A DNA stretch of 59,884 nucleotides from Minisyncoccota bacterium (GTDB lineage: Bacteria > Patescibacteriota > Minisyncoccia > Minisyncoccales > JAQTPW01): NCBI GenBank assembly GCA_028712565.1, contig JAQTPW010000005.1, positions 1 through 59,884 of the forward strand. Reading direction: 5' to 3'. Position 1 is the stretch's first letter; every line of letters begins with the position of its first letter. Below the pieces are notes generated by a model. The model saw only the letters and a program-made list of their open reading frames with translations, was not told the origin of the DNA and did not search any database. Below, piece after piece: positions 43,462 through 54,158 of the stretch. The translations under genes and the position numbers were made by a program.

Positions 43462-44925
43462 ATGGATAAAAAAATAGACTCTATAGTTTTAAAAGAAAAC
43501 AATAACGTAAAAGCGGCGATGGAGCGCATAGAAAAGAGCGGGGTACGAATAGTTTTAATAGTTGATGATGGCAGAAAGCTTCTTGGCGTAGTAACCGATG
43601 GGAATATTCGCAGGTCGCTTTTATCTGGGAAAAATTTTAATACTTCTTTGGGTGAAATTATGACAAAAAATCCCATTGTCGCAAAAGAACTTGATTCAGC
43701 CGCAGAATTATTGGAAACAATGAACAAAAGAGGCATTCAGGAAATTCCAATAGTTAATGATCAAGGGATATTGGTTGATATTGCTTTGTTATCGGATTTG
43801 AAAAATATTCCTCTTTCTAGCCCGGACATTACTAAAAAAGAAGTTGAATTGATAAACCAGGTTCTGTCCACGCCTTTTTTGAGCATAGGGCCAAAAATAA
43901 AAGAATTTGAAAAAAAGATTGCGAACTTTGTCGGAACAAAATATGCCATAGCGATAAACAGCGGGACTAGCGGGCTCCATCTTTGCGTCAGATCTTTAGA
44001 TATAAAAGACGGCGACGAAGTGATTACCACCCCTTTTAGTTTTATTGCTTCATCGAATTGCATACTTTTTGAAAGAGCAAAGCCGGTATTCGTTGATATA
44101 GATGAAAACACTTTATGTATAGATCCAAATAAAATAGAAGAAAAAATTACAAAAAAAACAAAAGCTATTCTGCCAGTCCATATATTTGGTCATTCTTGTG
44201 AAATGGAAAAGATAATGGAAATTGCAAAAAGATATAATTTGGCAGTTTTAGAAGATGCCTGCGAAGCTTTGGGGGGAGAATATAAAGGTAGAAAAGTTGG
44301 AACTTTTGGGAATGCAGCAGTTTTTGCTTTTTATCCAAACAAACAAATAACTACCGGTGAGGGCGGTGTTATTGTTACGGATGATGAAAGGATTGCAAAA
44401 TTATGCCAAAGTATGCGAAATCAAGGAAGAGATGAGGGTGATTCCTGGCTGTCCCATTCAAGGCTGGGATACAATTATCGGATGACTGAAATAAGCGCGG
44501 CTCTGGGAATAACTCAATTGAGCAGAATTGAAGAAATTTTAGAGAAAAGGCAGAAAGTTGCTGAAAACTACAATAAGAAATTAGAAAAAATAGATGGAGT
44601 AAAAATTCCCTATGTGAGTCCGGAGGTTAAAATAAGCTGGTTTGTTTATGTTATAAGATTAGATGGCAGATTTTCTTTGGAAGATAAAAATGCAATTTTG
44701 CAGAAATTGACGCAAAAGGGGATTAATTGTGGAAATTATTTTCCGTCCATTCACCTGGAACCCTTTTATGTTAAAATGTTTGGATATAAAAATGGGGACT
44801 TTCCAATTACGGAAAGGGTTTCAAATTCAACCATAGCACTGCCTTTCTATAACAATTTAACTGAAAAGCAGATTGACTATGTCTGCGATAATTTAAATTC
44901 AGCAATAAGAGAATTGAAAAAATAA
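43462..44925 (+). CDS. CBS-pair domain fused to a DegT/DnrJ/EryC1 aminotransferase (LegC-like)
   Basis: The first ~115 aa form a CBS pair (GVVTDGNIRR...IQEIPIVNDQGILVDIA). The rest is a PLP aminotransferase with the lysine retained (FYPNKQITTGEGG). Confidence 0.85.
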   Translation: MDKKIDSIVLKENNNVKAAMERIEKSGVRIVLIVDDGRKLLGVVTDGNIRRSLLSGKNFNTSLGEIMTKNPIVAKELDSAAELLETMNKRGIQEIPIVNDQGILVDIALLSDLKNIPLSSPDITKKEVELINQVLSTPFLSIGPKIKEFEKKIANFVGTKYAIAINSGTSGLHLCVRSLDIKDGDEVITTPFSFIASSNCILFERAKPVFVDIDENTLCIDPNKIEEKITKKTKAILPVHIFGHSCEMEKIMEIAKRYNLAVLEDACEALGGEYKGRKVGTFGNAAVFAFYPNKQITTGEGGVIVTDDERIAKLCQSMRNQGRDEGDSWLSHSRLGYNYRMTEISAALGITQLSRIEEILEKRQKVAENYNKKLEKIDGVKIPYVSPEVKISWFVYVIRLDGRFSLEDKNAILQKLTQKGINCGNYFPSIHLEPFYVKMFGYKNGDFPITERVSNSTIALPFYNNLTEKQIDYVCDNLNSAIRELKK

Positions 44926-46470
44926 ATGAAAATTAGAAATTTTACTGAAATAAAATCAATATTCTTTGAAAATCTTGGGACAAAACAAACCATCTTTAAA
45001 AATACGGTCTGGTTGACTTTTGGGAATATTGCCAGCCGGCTTTTAAAAGTGATTTTGGTAATTTATGTCGCTAGGATTCTAGGAGCTACAGAATATGGAA
45101 AATTTTCTTTTGCCCTGTCTTTTGTTTCTCTATTTATTGTTTTTTCAAATTTAGGATTGCCAATTATTATTATCCGAGAATTCGCCAAGGAAAAGGGAGA
45201 TGGAAATGAATTTTACTCAGTTCTTTCTCTAAAAGCTCTTTTAAGCGTGGGCGCTTTAATATTAATATTAATTGGTTCTTTTTTTATTACTCCCGATCCA
45301 AAAATACGCCAAATAATTTTTGTTTTGGCTTTATACGTTCTATTTAATAGTTTTTATTCTATTATAAACTGCTTTTTTAATGCTTATCAGCGTATGGAAT
45401 ACGAAGCGTTCGGGGTAATTTTTGACGCCGCAGTAACAACAGCTGTTGGCCTCTTTATTCTTTTTTATTTTCCTTCAGCATTAAATCTGGGCTACGCTTA
45501 TCTTGTCGGCAGTATTTCCGTTTTGTTTTTTAGCTTAATTATTTTTCAGTGGAAGTTTTTCCCATTGAAAATTAATTGGGAAAAAAGAGTTTGGCGGAAA
45601 TTTTTGTCTATGTCGTGGCCTTTGGCTTTGGTGGGATTATTGGGTTCGATTTTTAACTATACAGATTCAACAATGCTTGGTTATTTTGGCCAACTTGCCG
45701 CGACTGGCTGGTATAATGCAGCTTATAGAATAATAAACGTTTCTTTGCTTCCAATGGGGCTAGTTGCCGGCAGTTTTTTTCCAGCCTTGAGCAAATACGC
45801 AAATGCCCCAAAAGATGCGACTACAGAGGATTTGGAGAATTCCAAAAAAAATCTCCAGAAGGTTTGGGATTATGAAATGATGTTGATGATTCTTATTGCA
45901 ATTCCTCTTGTGGTAGGAGGAATTGTTTTTGCCCCTAAAATTATTTTATTTCTTTATGGAGAAGGATTTTTACAGTCCATTTTGGCTTTTCAAATTTTAA
46001 TAATAATGGCGGGAATTACTTTTTTATACATACCTTTTTACGATCTTTTAATCGCCTCAGGAGAACAAAAAAGAATATTTTGGGGAACTTTGGCAGCAGC
46101 TTTCTTTAATGTTATTACAAATTTAATTTTTATTCCCAAATTCAGCTTGTATGGAGCAGCTGCAACTTCAGTCGTATCTTATTTTTTGATGTTTATTTTG
46201 TTTTTCCGGTTTGCGCATAAATACACCTCTATTAATCCATTTAAAATAAAATTTATAATTTATTTGGCAGGAGCCTTTCTTTCCAGTGTTGTGATGTATT
46301 TTGCCATATCCCGGCCGCAAATTTATAATCTTCATATTGCTTTTCCCGGCAACATTATACCATCTGTTTTGGATATTATTTTCCCGATTTTAACTGGCGT
46401 AATAGTATATGGCGTATCTTTATTTATTTTAAAAATTTTTGCTGGAAAAATAAATAAAAACTTAGTTTAA
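44926..46470 (+). CDS. Wzx-like polysaccharide flippase (MOP superfamily)
   Basis: About 12-14 hydrophobic helices in a glycan operon context. Confidence 0.75.
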   Translation: MKIRNFTEIKSIFFENLGTKQTIFKNTVWLTFGNIASRLLKVILVIYVARILGATEYGKFSFALSFVSLFIVFSNLGLPIIIIREFAKEKGDGNEFYSVLSLKALLSVGALILILIGSFFITPDPKIRQIIFVLALYVLFNSFYSIINCFFNAYQRMEYEAFGVIFDAAVTTAVGLFILFYFPSALNLGYAYLVGSISVLFFSLIIFQWKFFPLKINWEKRVWRKFLSMSWPLALVGLLGSIFNYTDSTMLGYFGQLAATGWYNAAYRIINVSLLPMGLVAGSFFPALSKYANAPKDATTEDLENSKKNLQKVWDYEMMLMILIAIPLVVGGIVFAPKIILFLYGEGFLQSILAFQILIIMAGITFLYIPFYDLLIASGEQKRIFWGTLAAAFFNVITNLIFIPKFSLYGAAATSVVSYFLMFILFFRFAHKYTSINPFKIKFIIYLAGAFLSSVVMYFAISRPQIYNLHIAFPGNIIPSVLDIIFPILTGVIVYGVSLFILKIFAGKINKNLV

Positions 46471-46477
46471 TAAAAAA

Positions 46478-48151
46478 TTGCCGAAACTAATAATAAAAAA
46501 ATTAAAAAATTTTGTTAAGGGGCATGATAATGTCTACAAAATTGTTTTAATTTTCTGGGGTTTCTTCTGGATAACTCGGGCAAGAATTATATTTAGTAAA
46601 ATTAAAAGAATTGCCAAACAAGAAGCTTTGCCAAAAAACAGCCATAAGGTTTTAATTTTAGCGATTAGATCAATACCGACAACAAACTTAGTTTATTTTG
46701 ATGCAGTTTTTGGCCACGCTTTTAAAAAGTTAGGTTGTGCGGTTAAGATGCTATACTGCGATGGGTTTTTAAACTCCTGTGATGCGAACACCGTTTTTTA
46801 CAATCAAAAGCCTCAATGTTTTGTTTGCAAAACTTTAGGGCCGCAAGTCAGAAATTCTTTGGGATTGGATTGTATTTTTTATCGCCAATATGTCTCTGAC
46901 TCCGATATTAAAGATATAAAAGAAAAAGTGGCCAAATTAAATACTGCAGAGATGCTAAATTACGAGTACCTAGGCGTAAATGTTGGCATTCATGCCCAGT
47001 CGTCGGCAGTAAGATATTTTCTTTTTGGTAGTTTAAATTTAGATAATCCAAAAGAAGTAGAAATGCTAAAAGAAAAACTTATTCTTGCAATGATAGCTAC
47101 AAAAGTGGCCAGCAATATAGTTGAAAAAGAAAAACCAGATCGTCTTTTTTTGCTTCACGGGGTTTATAGCACTTGGGCTCCTTTTCTCGATTATTTTCGG
47201 AAAGAAGGTATTGATACTATTGTATATATGAATATGTCACAAAGAATTGGAAATTTCCTTTTCAGGCGGAATAATAGGGCAAACGACATAATGGATGTGA
47301 AAGACAAATGGCTAGATTTTAGCCGCATTCCCTTAACCGCAAGAGAAGAGGAAAAAGTGGATTCTTATTTTAAACAGCGTCTTTTGGGGATAACTCCGGA
47401 CCAAGGCATGTATGCAAAGAATTTTGACAATACCGACAAAGAAAAATCTCTGCAAAAATTAGCGCCCGAAAATAAGTATTCCAGAAGATATGTTCTTTAT
47501 GCCAATGTTGCCTGGGATTGCGCTATCGAGGGACAAATATCAAATATATTTAAAGACGTTTTTTCTTGGATCGACACAACGATAGAATTTTTCAAAAAAA
47601 ATAAAAATTACCAGCTTATTATAAAATCACATCCGGCAGAACTTATCTGGGAAGGTTCGAGCAAAACCATGGCTGATTATATTTTTGAAAAACACGGTTC
47701 TTTGCCAGACAATATAACTATTTTAAAGCCAGACGCGCCCTTTAGCGCCTATAATCTTGTAACTTCTGACACAGTGGGCCTGGTATTTAATGGAACCGCC
47801 GGATTAGAATTAGCGGTTTTAGGGATGCCTGTATTGGTAGTTGCAGATGTGGTACATTATAAAAATGCGGGCGTGGTTTACCAAATAAGCACCCCGAAAG
47901 AGTATTTGGATTTGCTTGAGAACCCCGGTCCCGCAATTTCTTTTGCCAAAGAAAACATAAAGCTGGCAAAAAAATACGCGTATTTCTTCCTTTTTAAATC
48001 AATGATCCGGATACCTTTTTACCGTGAAGACCAATGGTCTGTAATCGACTGGCGGGCATTGTCGGATCCAAAAAAATTATTAGATAGAGAAGGCTACATA
48101 ATGCAAATTTGCAAAAAAATCGTAAACGGAGAAGATATTATAATTTCTTAA
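46478..48151 (+). CDS. hypothetical protein, possible KpsS/KpsC-type (capsule-synthesis family) glycosyltransferase
   Basis: IIKSHPAE HP motif followed by TVGLVFNGTAGLELAVLGMPVLVV. TTG start, so the start is uncertain. The family call is tentative. Confidence 0.4.
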   Translation: MPKLIIKKLKNFVKGHDNVYKIVLIFWGFFWITRARIIFSKIKRIAKQEALPKNSHKVLILAIRSIPTTNLVYFDAVFGHAFKKLGCAVKMLYCDGFLNSCDANTVFYNQKPQCFVCKTLGPQVRNSLGLDCIFYRQYVSDSDIKDIKEKVAKLNTAEMLNYEYLGVNVGIHAQSSAVRYFLFGSLNLDNPKEVEMLKEKLILAMIATKVASNIVEKEKPDRLFLLHGVYSTWAPFLDYFRKEGIDTIVYMNMSQRIGNFLFRRNNRANDIMDVKDKWLDFSRIPLTAREEEKVDSYFKQRLLGITPDQGMYAKNFDNTDKEKSLQKLAPENKYSRRYVLYANVAWDCAIEGQISNIFKDVFSWIDTTIEFFKKNKNYQLIIKSHPAELIWEGSSKTMADYIFEKHGSLPDNITILKPDAPFSAYNLVTSDTVGLVFNGTAGLELAVLGMPVLVVADVVHYKNAGVVYQISTPKEYLDLLENPGPAISFAKENIKLAKKYAYFFLFKSMIRIPFYREDQWSVIDWRALSDPKKLLDREGYIMQICKKIVNGEDIIIS

Positions 48152-48173
48152 CAATAAACAATAATTAAAAACT

Positions 48174-49160
48174 ATGATTTTAAAAGACAAAACTATATTA
48201 ATAACAGGCGGCACAGGCTCTTTTGGCCAGAAATTTGCCGAAATTATATTAAAGGACCAGAACCCTAAGACTGTACGTATTTACGATCATGATGAGTTAT
48301 CCGAAGTTGAAATGGAGCGAAAATTTAACAATCCAAGATTGAGATTTTTTATCGGCGACGTTCGGGATAAAAGCCGGCTTTACCGGGCAATGAGCGGAGT
48401 TGATGTTTTGGTTCATGCTGCTGCCTTAAAACACGTACCCATTTGCGAATACAACCCGATAGAAGCAGTAAAAACAAATATTGAAGGAACCATAAATGTC
48501 ATTGATGCCGCCATTGATAATTCAGTGGAAAGGGCAATAGTAATTAGCACAGATAAGGCAGTGTATCCGGTTAACTTGTACGGCGCAACTAAAATGGTGG
48601 CTGAAAAACTTTTTATCCAGGCAAATTCTTATGTTGGCGGGCAAAGAAAAACTATATTTTCAGCGGCAAGATACGGAAACGTTCTGGGAAGCTCAGGAAG
48701 CGTAGTCCCTTTATTCGAAGAGCAGAAAAAAAATGGGGAAATTACCATTACTGACGAACGGATGACCAGGTTTTGGGTTACTTTGGAAGAGGGGATTCGT
48801 TTTGTCGCAAATTGCATTGAGATTATGAAAGGTGGGGAAGTATTTATTCCTAAAATTCCGAGCATGAAAATTATAGATTTGGCCGAAGTTATGGCGCCCA
48901 ATGCGCGCAAAAAAATTGTGGGCATTAGACCTGGAGAAAAATTGCACGAGATTCTTTTGACAGAAGAAGAGGCAAAACACGCCAAGGAATTTAATGAATA
49001 TTTCGTAATTGAGCCAGAGTTTCCTTTTTGGGACAATAACAATTTTAAAGAAGGAAAAAACCTTTTAGATGGCTTTGAATATACCAGCGATAAGAATACC
49101 AAATGGATTACAAAGGAAAAAATGCAGGAAATTTTAAAAAATCTAAAAATAGAAAAATGA
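48174..49160 (+). CDS. pseB: UDP-N-acetylglucosamine 4,6-dehydratase (PseB/FlaA1-like)
   Basis: ILITGGTGSFG, RFFIGDVRD, HAAALKHVP, STDKAVYPVNLYGATK. Confidence 0.88.
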   Translation: MILKDKTILITGGTGSFGQKFAEIILKDQNPKTVRIYDHDELSEVEMERKFNNPRLRFFIGDVRDKSRLYRAMSGVDVLVHAAALKHVPICEYNPIEAVKTNIEGTINVIDAAIDNSVERAIVISTDKAVYPVNLYGATKMVAEKLFIQANSYVGGQRKTIFSAARYGNVLGSSGSVVPLFEEQKKNGEITITDERMTRFWVTLEEGIRFVANCIEIMKGGEVFIPKIPSMKIIDLAEVMAPNARKKIVGIRPGEKLHEILLTEEEAKHAKEFNEYFVIEPEFPFWDNNNFKEGKNLLDGFEYTSDKNTKWITKEKMQEILKNLKIEK

Positions 49161-50305
49161 AAAAATTAATTCCTTACGGCCATCAATGGATAGACGAAAA
49201 AGACATAAAAGAAGTGGTGAAGATATTAAAAAGCGATTGGGTGACCCAAGGCCCTAAAATTGAAGAATTCGAGAATGCGATTGCGAAGTACTGCAAGGCA
49301 AAATATGCCGTAGCGGTTTCTTCAGGAACTGCGGCTTTGTACGCAGCTTATGCTGTGGCAGGGATTTTGCCTGGAAATGAAATTATTACCACTCCGTTAA
49401 CCTTTGCTGCAACCTCTTACGCCGCCCTTTTTTTCGGGGCAAAACCTGTTTTTGCAGATATTCAAGAGGATACTTTAAATATCGATCCCGTAGAAATAGA
49501 AAAGAAAATTACAAAAAAAACAAAAATAATATCTCCGGTTGATTTTGCCGGCCACCCCTGCGACTATGACCTGATCCAAAAAATAGCTAAAAAACACAAA
49601 CTTTTAGTAATCGAAGACGCCGCCCATGCTTTGGGCGCTAAATATAGAGGCAAAAAAATAGGCAGCTTTTCTGACATGACAATTTTAAGCTTCCATCCGG
49701 TAAAAACCATAACTACCGGTGAAGGGGGAATGATTTTAACAAACGATAAAAAACTTTACGAGAAATTAAAAATTTTCCGAAACCATGGGATAATAAAAAA
49801 TCCCAAAATTGGCGGCTGGTATTACGATATAAAAAATCCGGGCTTCAATTTGCGGCTTACTGATTTTCAAAGCGCTCTAGGAATCAGCCAGTTAAAGAAA
49901 GTAGATAAATTTATAAAAAGGAGAAGGGAAATTGTAGCAAGATATAATAGCGCATTTAAAAACATAAAAGAAATTAAAATTCCGGTTGAAAGGGATTATG
50001 TGAAGTCTTCTTGGCATATTTATATTATCCGGCTCCAGTTGGATAAATTGAAGGCAAGCCGAAAAGAAATATTTGAATCAATGCAAAAAGAAGGTTTGGG
50101 GGTTCAGGTCCATTATGTATTATTGAATCTGCAACCTTTCTGTCAGGAGGGTTTTGGGATGTCTTATGGGGCTGGAGATTTTCCGGTAGCTGAAAAATAT
50201 TATTCAGAAGCAATTACAATACCACTATTTCCTAAGATGACGGATAAAGAAGTGGAATACGTTATTAAGACTGTAAAAAAGGTAATTAATCGTTACAAGA
50301 AATAA
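49157..50305 (+). CDS. pseC: UDP-4-amino-4,6-dideoxy-N-acetyl-beta-L-altrosamine transaminase (PseC-like)
   Basis: Trimmed to the ATG at 49157, which forms an ATGA overlap with the pseB stop. MKKLIPYGHQWIDEKDI and the SFHPVKTITTGEGG lysine motif. Confidence 0.85.
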   Translation: MKKLIPYGHQWIDEKDIKEVVKILKSDWVTQGPKIEEFENAIAKYCKAKYAVAVSSGTAALYAAYAVAGILPGNEIITTPLTFAATSYAALFFGAKPVFADIQEDTLNIDPVEIEKKITKKTKIISPVDFAGHPCDYDLIQKIAKKHKLLVIEDAAHALGAKYRGKKIGSFSDMTILSFHPVKTITTGEGGMILTNDKKLYEKLKIFRNHGIIKNPKIGGWYYDIKNPGFNLRLTDFQSALGISQLKKVDKFIKRRREIVARYNSAFKNIKEIKIPVERDYVKSSWHIYIIRLQLDKLKASRKEIFESMQKEGLGVQVHYVLLNLQPFCQEGFGMSYGAGDFPVAEKYYSEAITIPLFPKMTDKEVEYVIKTVKKVINRYKK

Positions 50306-50307
50306 AT

Positions 50308-50904
50308 ATGAAAAAAACAAAACAAATTAAAATTTGGGAAAATAAATTTGGCAGAGATTATACAGACCGCAACGTTGTTGACCCAAAAACTCGGATTAAA
50401 ATGTTTAAAAAAATGATAGGGAATTTGGATATTAAAACGATTCTTGAAGTGGGCTGCAATAAAGGCCATAATTTGGCGGCCTTATCAAAAATTGGCAAAT
50501 ATCAATTAATCGGAATGGAGCCGTCCGAATATGCTATTGTAAAAGGAAAAGAGGTAAGCCAATTCCCAATAATAAGAGGAAATTGCTTTGGAATTCCGTT
50601 TATTGATTCCTATTTTGATTTAGTTTTTACTTGCGGAGTTTTAATCCATATCGAAGTCCAGGATTTGCCAAAAGCCATAAATGAAATTTACCGAGTAAGC
50701 AAAAAATATATTTTAGCAATTGAATATTTTTCTCCAGAAAATACAACTATTCATTACCGGGGGCATAATGACCTGCTTTGGAAAAGGGATTTTAAAAAAT
50801 ATTTTTTAAAGCAAAAGCCAAATTTAAAATATTTAGGCGGCGGGCATTTGGAAAAAGAAGACGGATTCGATAATTGCAATTGGTGGCTATTTGAAAAAAG
50901 ATGA
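50308..50904 (+). CDS. pseudaminic-acid-biosynthesis-associated methylase-like class I methyltransferase
   Basis: WENKFGRDYTDRN at the N-terminus and an ILEVGCNKGHNL motif I. Confidence 0.7.
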   Translation: MKKTKQIKIWENKFGRDYTDRNVVDPKTRIKMFKKMIGNLDIKTILEVGCNKGHNLAALSKIGKYQLIGMEPSEYAIVKGKEVSQFPIIRGNCFGIPFIDSYFDLVFTCGVLIHIEVQDLPKAINEIYRVSKKYILAIEYFSPENTTIHYRGHNDLLWKRDFKKYFLKQKPNLKYLGGGHLEKEDGFDNCNWWLFEKR

Positions 50905-52307
50905 AAATACTAATTATTAATATTTCTTTAAGGCCAAACAGCGAAAAAATGATGTTTCCTATTGGGTTAGGATATATTTCAACTGCTATTGAAAAGGCAG
51001 GTTTTAACTTTGAAATTTTTGATTTGGATGCCCTTCGGCCATCGGATTTAGAAATTGAAGAATATATTAAAAAAACGGATTTTGACGTGGCAGCTTTTGG
51101 ATGCATAGTGACCGGTTACAAATACGTAAAAAAATTAGCAGAATTAATTAAAAAATATAAAAATGTGCCGATTATTGTAGGAAATTCGGTTGCCACTTCG
51201 ATTCCAGAATTATTATTAACAAAAACCAAAGTTGATATTGCAGTTATGGGAGAAGGAGATATAACAATCATCGAATTATTAAAAGCCATTGAAAATAAAA
51301 ATCCTTTGGATGATGTAAAGGGGATTGTTTTTCTAAAAGACAATAAAGTATTTTTTACTCCTGAAAGAGAGCTTATTTTGAATTTAGACGAGCTCCCCTT
51401 TATAAATTACGATCTGTTTGATATGGAAACTTATTTGGCGCACTGTAAATTTAACGTTGGCGAACCCTACCCAATGGAATTTGATCTATTAAAGGCATTG
51501 CCGATAAATACCGCTCGAGGCTGCCCAAATAATTGCACTTTTTGTTATCATGTTTTTAAAAGAAAAAGATATCGCATACGTTCAATAGAAAATATTGGTC
51601 GAGAAATAAAACATTTGAAAGAGAAATACGGATTAAATTATATTCAATTTTCCGACGAGCTTACGCTCTTTTCAAAAGAACAGGCTAATAAATTTGCAGA
51701 TTATTTTTTGAAAGAAAATCTTGGAGTCTTTTGGCAAGCAGATTGCCGAGCTGGTTTATTCGGAAATACCGATCTAGACCTTGCTTTAAAATTACAAAAA
51801 GCTGGTTGCGTTGAGTTAGGATATTCCTTAGAATCTGCCGATGAAGAAATTTTAAAGGCAATGGATAAAAAAATTACTGTTCAGGATTTTGTAATTCAAA
51901 CAAAAATTCTTCAGAAAGCGGGAATTTCTACTTCAACAAGCGTTGTGATTGGGTATCCGCAAGAAACAGAAGAAACCATAAAGAAAACATTGAATTGCTG
52001 TTTAGAAAACAATATTTATCCTAGCACGGGGTATTTGCTTCCTCAGCCCGGAACTCCGATGTATGATTATGCGAGAACTGAAGGAATAATAAAAGACGAA
52101 GAAGAATATTTATTAAAAATGGGAGACAGACAGGATTTCACGATTAATTTGACGAAAATGCCCCAGGAAAGAATGGAGGAGCTTGTAAAGGAATATTTAA
52201 AAAAAATTGCAGAAAAAATGGAATTAAACTTAAAGGAAGAAAGTCTTATTAAAACAGGTCATTACAGACAAAAAATATTTTTAGAAAATAAAAATGAAAA
52301 AAGTTAA
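50901..52307 (+). CDS. cobalamin-binding-domain radical SAM enzyme (paralog 2)
   Basis: A B12-binding-like N-terminus and a CPNNCTFC motif. It overlaps the upstream gene by 4 nt. Confidence 0.85.
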   Translation: MKILIINISLRPNSEKMMFPIGLGYISTAIEKAGFNFEIFDLDALRPSDLEIEEYIKKTDFDVAAFGCIVTGYKYVKKLAELIKKYKNVPIIVGNSVATSIPELLLTKTKVDIAVMGEGDITIIELLKAIENKNPLDDVKGIVFLKDNKVFFTPERELILNLDELPFINYDLFDMETYLAHCKFNVGEPYPMEFDLLKALPINTARGCPNNCTFCYHVFKRKRYRIRSIENIGREIKHLKEKYGLNYIQFSDELTLFSKEQANKFADYFLKENLGVFWQADCRAGLFGNTDLDLALKLQKAGCVELGYSLESADEEILKAMDKKITVQDFVIQTKILQKAGISTSTSVVIGYPQETEETIKKTLNCCLENNIYPSTGYLLPQPGTPMYDYARTEGIIKDEEEYLLKMGDRQDFTINLTKMPQERMEELVKEYLKKIAEKMELNLKEESLIKTGHYRQKIFLENKNEKS

Positions 52308-53406
52308 AATTAAAAATAAAGTTATTGGTAACGGTAGCCCATGCTTTGTTATTGCCGAAGCCGGCTCTAATCATGACGGAAAATTCGAACAGGCAAAAAA
52401 ATTAATAGATGTTGCCGCTTTTGCTGGAGCTGACGCGGTAAAATTTCAATTATTCCGAGCCGCAAAAATTTATCCTAAAACTTCAGGCAAAGTTGACACG
52501 CCTGCGGGAAAGATCGATTTATATAAATTTTTTGAACAAGTTGAGCTTCCTTCAAAATGGCTTTTCCCTTTAAAAAAGTATTCAGAGAAAAAGGGGCTAA
52601 TTTTTATTGTCTCTCCCTTTGACGAAGAAAGCGCGGATCTTCTTGAGAAAATTAAAGTAGAGGTTTATAAAATTGCTTCTCCCGAATTAAACCACATACC
52701 TTTGATCAGGCATATCGCCAAAAAGAAAAAACCCATGATTCTCGCCGAAGGATTGAGCACCTTGAGCGATATCGAGGAGGCCTTAAATACTGCCTATAAG
52801 GAAAATAATTTTCAGACAATACTTTTGCATTGCGTAAGCTCCTATCCGGCTCCGCCCGAAGATTATAATTTAAATGTAATTGAAACATTAAGACGGGTCT
52901 TCCAGGTCCTGGTAGGAATTTCTGACCATACTTTAGACCCCGTCCTTATTCCAAAACTAGGAGCGGCCTTGGGAATTTCTGCGATCGAGAAGCATTTTAC
53001 GATAAGCAGAAAATTAGAAGGACCAGATCATCCTTTTGCGATAGAGCCTGAAGAATTAAAATTAATGGTAAAAGAAATTAGAGAGACAGAAAAATGGAGC
53101 AATGAAAAGAAAAGTAAATTTCTTAAAAGCAAACCCCTTTACGAGAAAATTTTGGGAACTAGCCAGAAAGTTATTGCGCCTTCTGAAAAAGTACTTTATC
53201 CCGGTGACAAAAGAAGTATTTTTACAATAAAAGACGTAAAGAAAGGTGAAAAATTGGGAAAAAACAATATAGCAGTTTTGAGGGCAGAAAGATATCTAAA
53301 GCCCGGAATTCATCCCAGATATTTCAATTTAGTTTTGGGGAAAAAAGCTACGAAGCTAATCAAGAAGTTTTCAGGTTTGCAATGGGATAATTTACTGACA
53401 ATTTAA
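52294..53406 (+). CDS. NeuB-family nonulosonate synthase (PseI-like) with SAF domain
   Basis: SPCFVIAEAGSNHDGKFEQAKKLIDVAAFAGADAVKFQLF and a GPDHPFAIEP motif. Confidence 0.85.
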   Translation: MKKVKIKNKVIGNGSPCFVIAEAGSNHDGKFEQAKKLIDVAAFAGADAVKFQLFRAAKIYPKTSGKVDTPAGKIDLYKFFEQVELPSKWLFPLKKYSEKKGLIFIVSPFDEESADLLEKIKVEVYKIASPELNHIPLIRHIAKKKKPMILAEGLSTLSDIEEALNTAYKENNFQTILLHCVSSYPAPPEDYNLNVIETLRRVFQVLVGISDHTLDPVLIPKLGAALGISAIEKHFTISRKLEGPDHPFAIEPEELKLMVKEIRETEKWSNEKKSKFLKSKPLYEKILGTSQKVIAPSEKVLYPGDKRSIFTIKDVKKGEKLGKNNIAVLRAERYLKPGIHPRYFNLVLGKKATKLIKKFSGLQWDNLLTI

Positions 53407-53419
53407 TTTAAAAAATATT

Positions 53420-54157
53420 ATGAATATAGTTGCAATTATTCAGGCAAGAATGGGATCTACTCGTTTACCTCAGAAAGTTCTGCGTGCGATTGGCGGAAAA
53501 CCTATGTTGCAATGGGTTGTTGAAAGAGCAAAAAGGTCGCGGATGGTAAATGACGTAATTGTTGCTACTTCAGATAAGAAACAAGATGATTTAATTGAAA
53601 AATTGTGTAAAAAATTAAAAATTGGCTATTTCCGGGGTTCTGAAAACGATGTTTTAAATAGGTTTTATCAGGCAGCGAAAAAATATAAGGCAGATAAAGT
53701 GGTAAGAATCACCGGAGATTGTCCTTTTATAGAGCCCGAAATTATAGACGAGGTAATTAGAACACATCTTAAAAATAAAAACGATTATACGTCAAATGAC
53801 GCAGGTGTGGGATATCCCAGAGGCCTGGATGTTGAAGTTTTTAATTTCGGCTCTTTAGAAAAGGCAAATTTTAAAGCAAAAAAAATTTACGAAAGAGAGC
53901 ACGTTACCCCATATTTTTACGAGAATCCGAGAATTTTTAAAGTACAAATATTAAAAGCAAAGGGAATTTTAAAGAGGCCAAAATTCAGGCTCTGCGTAGA
54001 TAAAAAAGAAGATTTAAAATTAGTAAGGGAAATTTATAAAATTTTAAGTAAAAGGAAAAAAGGCATTAGTATATTCGATATAATTCATTTGTTGGATTCG
54101 GATAAAAAATTGGCCAGGGTCAATGAAAATATCAGGCAAAAGAAGCTGGGTGAATAA
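53420..54157 (+). CDS. SpsF/PseF-type cytidylyltransferase
   Basis: MNIVAIIQARMGSTRLPQKVL, VIVATSD and RITGDCPF motifs. Confidence 0.8.
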   Translation: MNIVAIIQARMGSTRLPQKVLRAIGGKPMLQWVVERAKRSRMVNDVIVATSDKKQDDLIEKLCKKLKIGYFRGSENDVLNRFYQAAKKYKADKVVRITGDCPFIEPEIIDEVIRTHLKNKNDYTSNDAGVGYPRGLDVEVFNFGSLEKANFKAKKIYEREHVTPYFYENPRIFKVQILKAKGILKRPKFRLCVDKKEDLKLVREIYKILSKRKKGISIFDIIHLLDSDKKLARVNENIRQKKLGE

Positions 54158-54158
54158 T

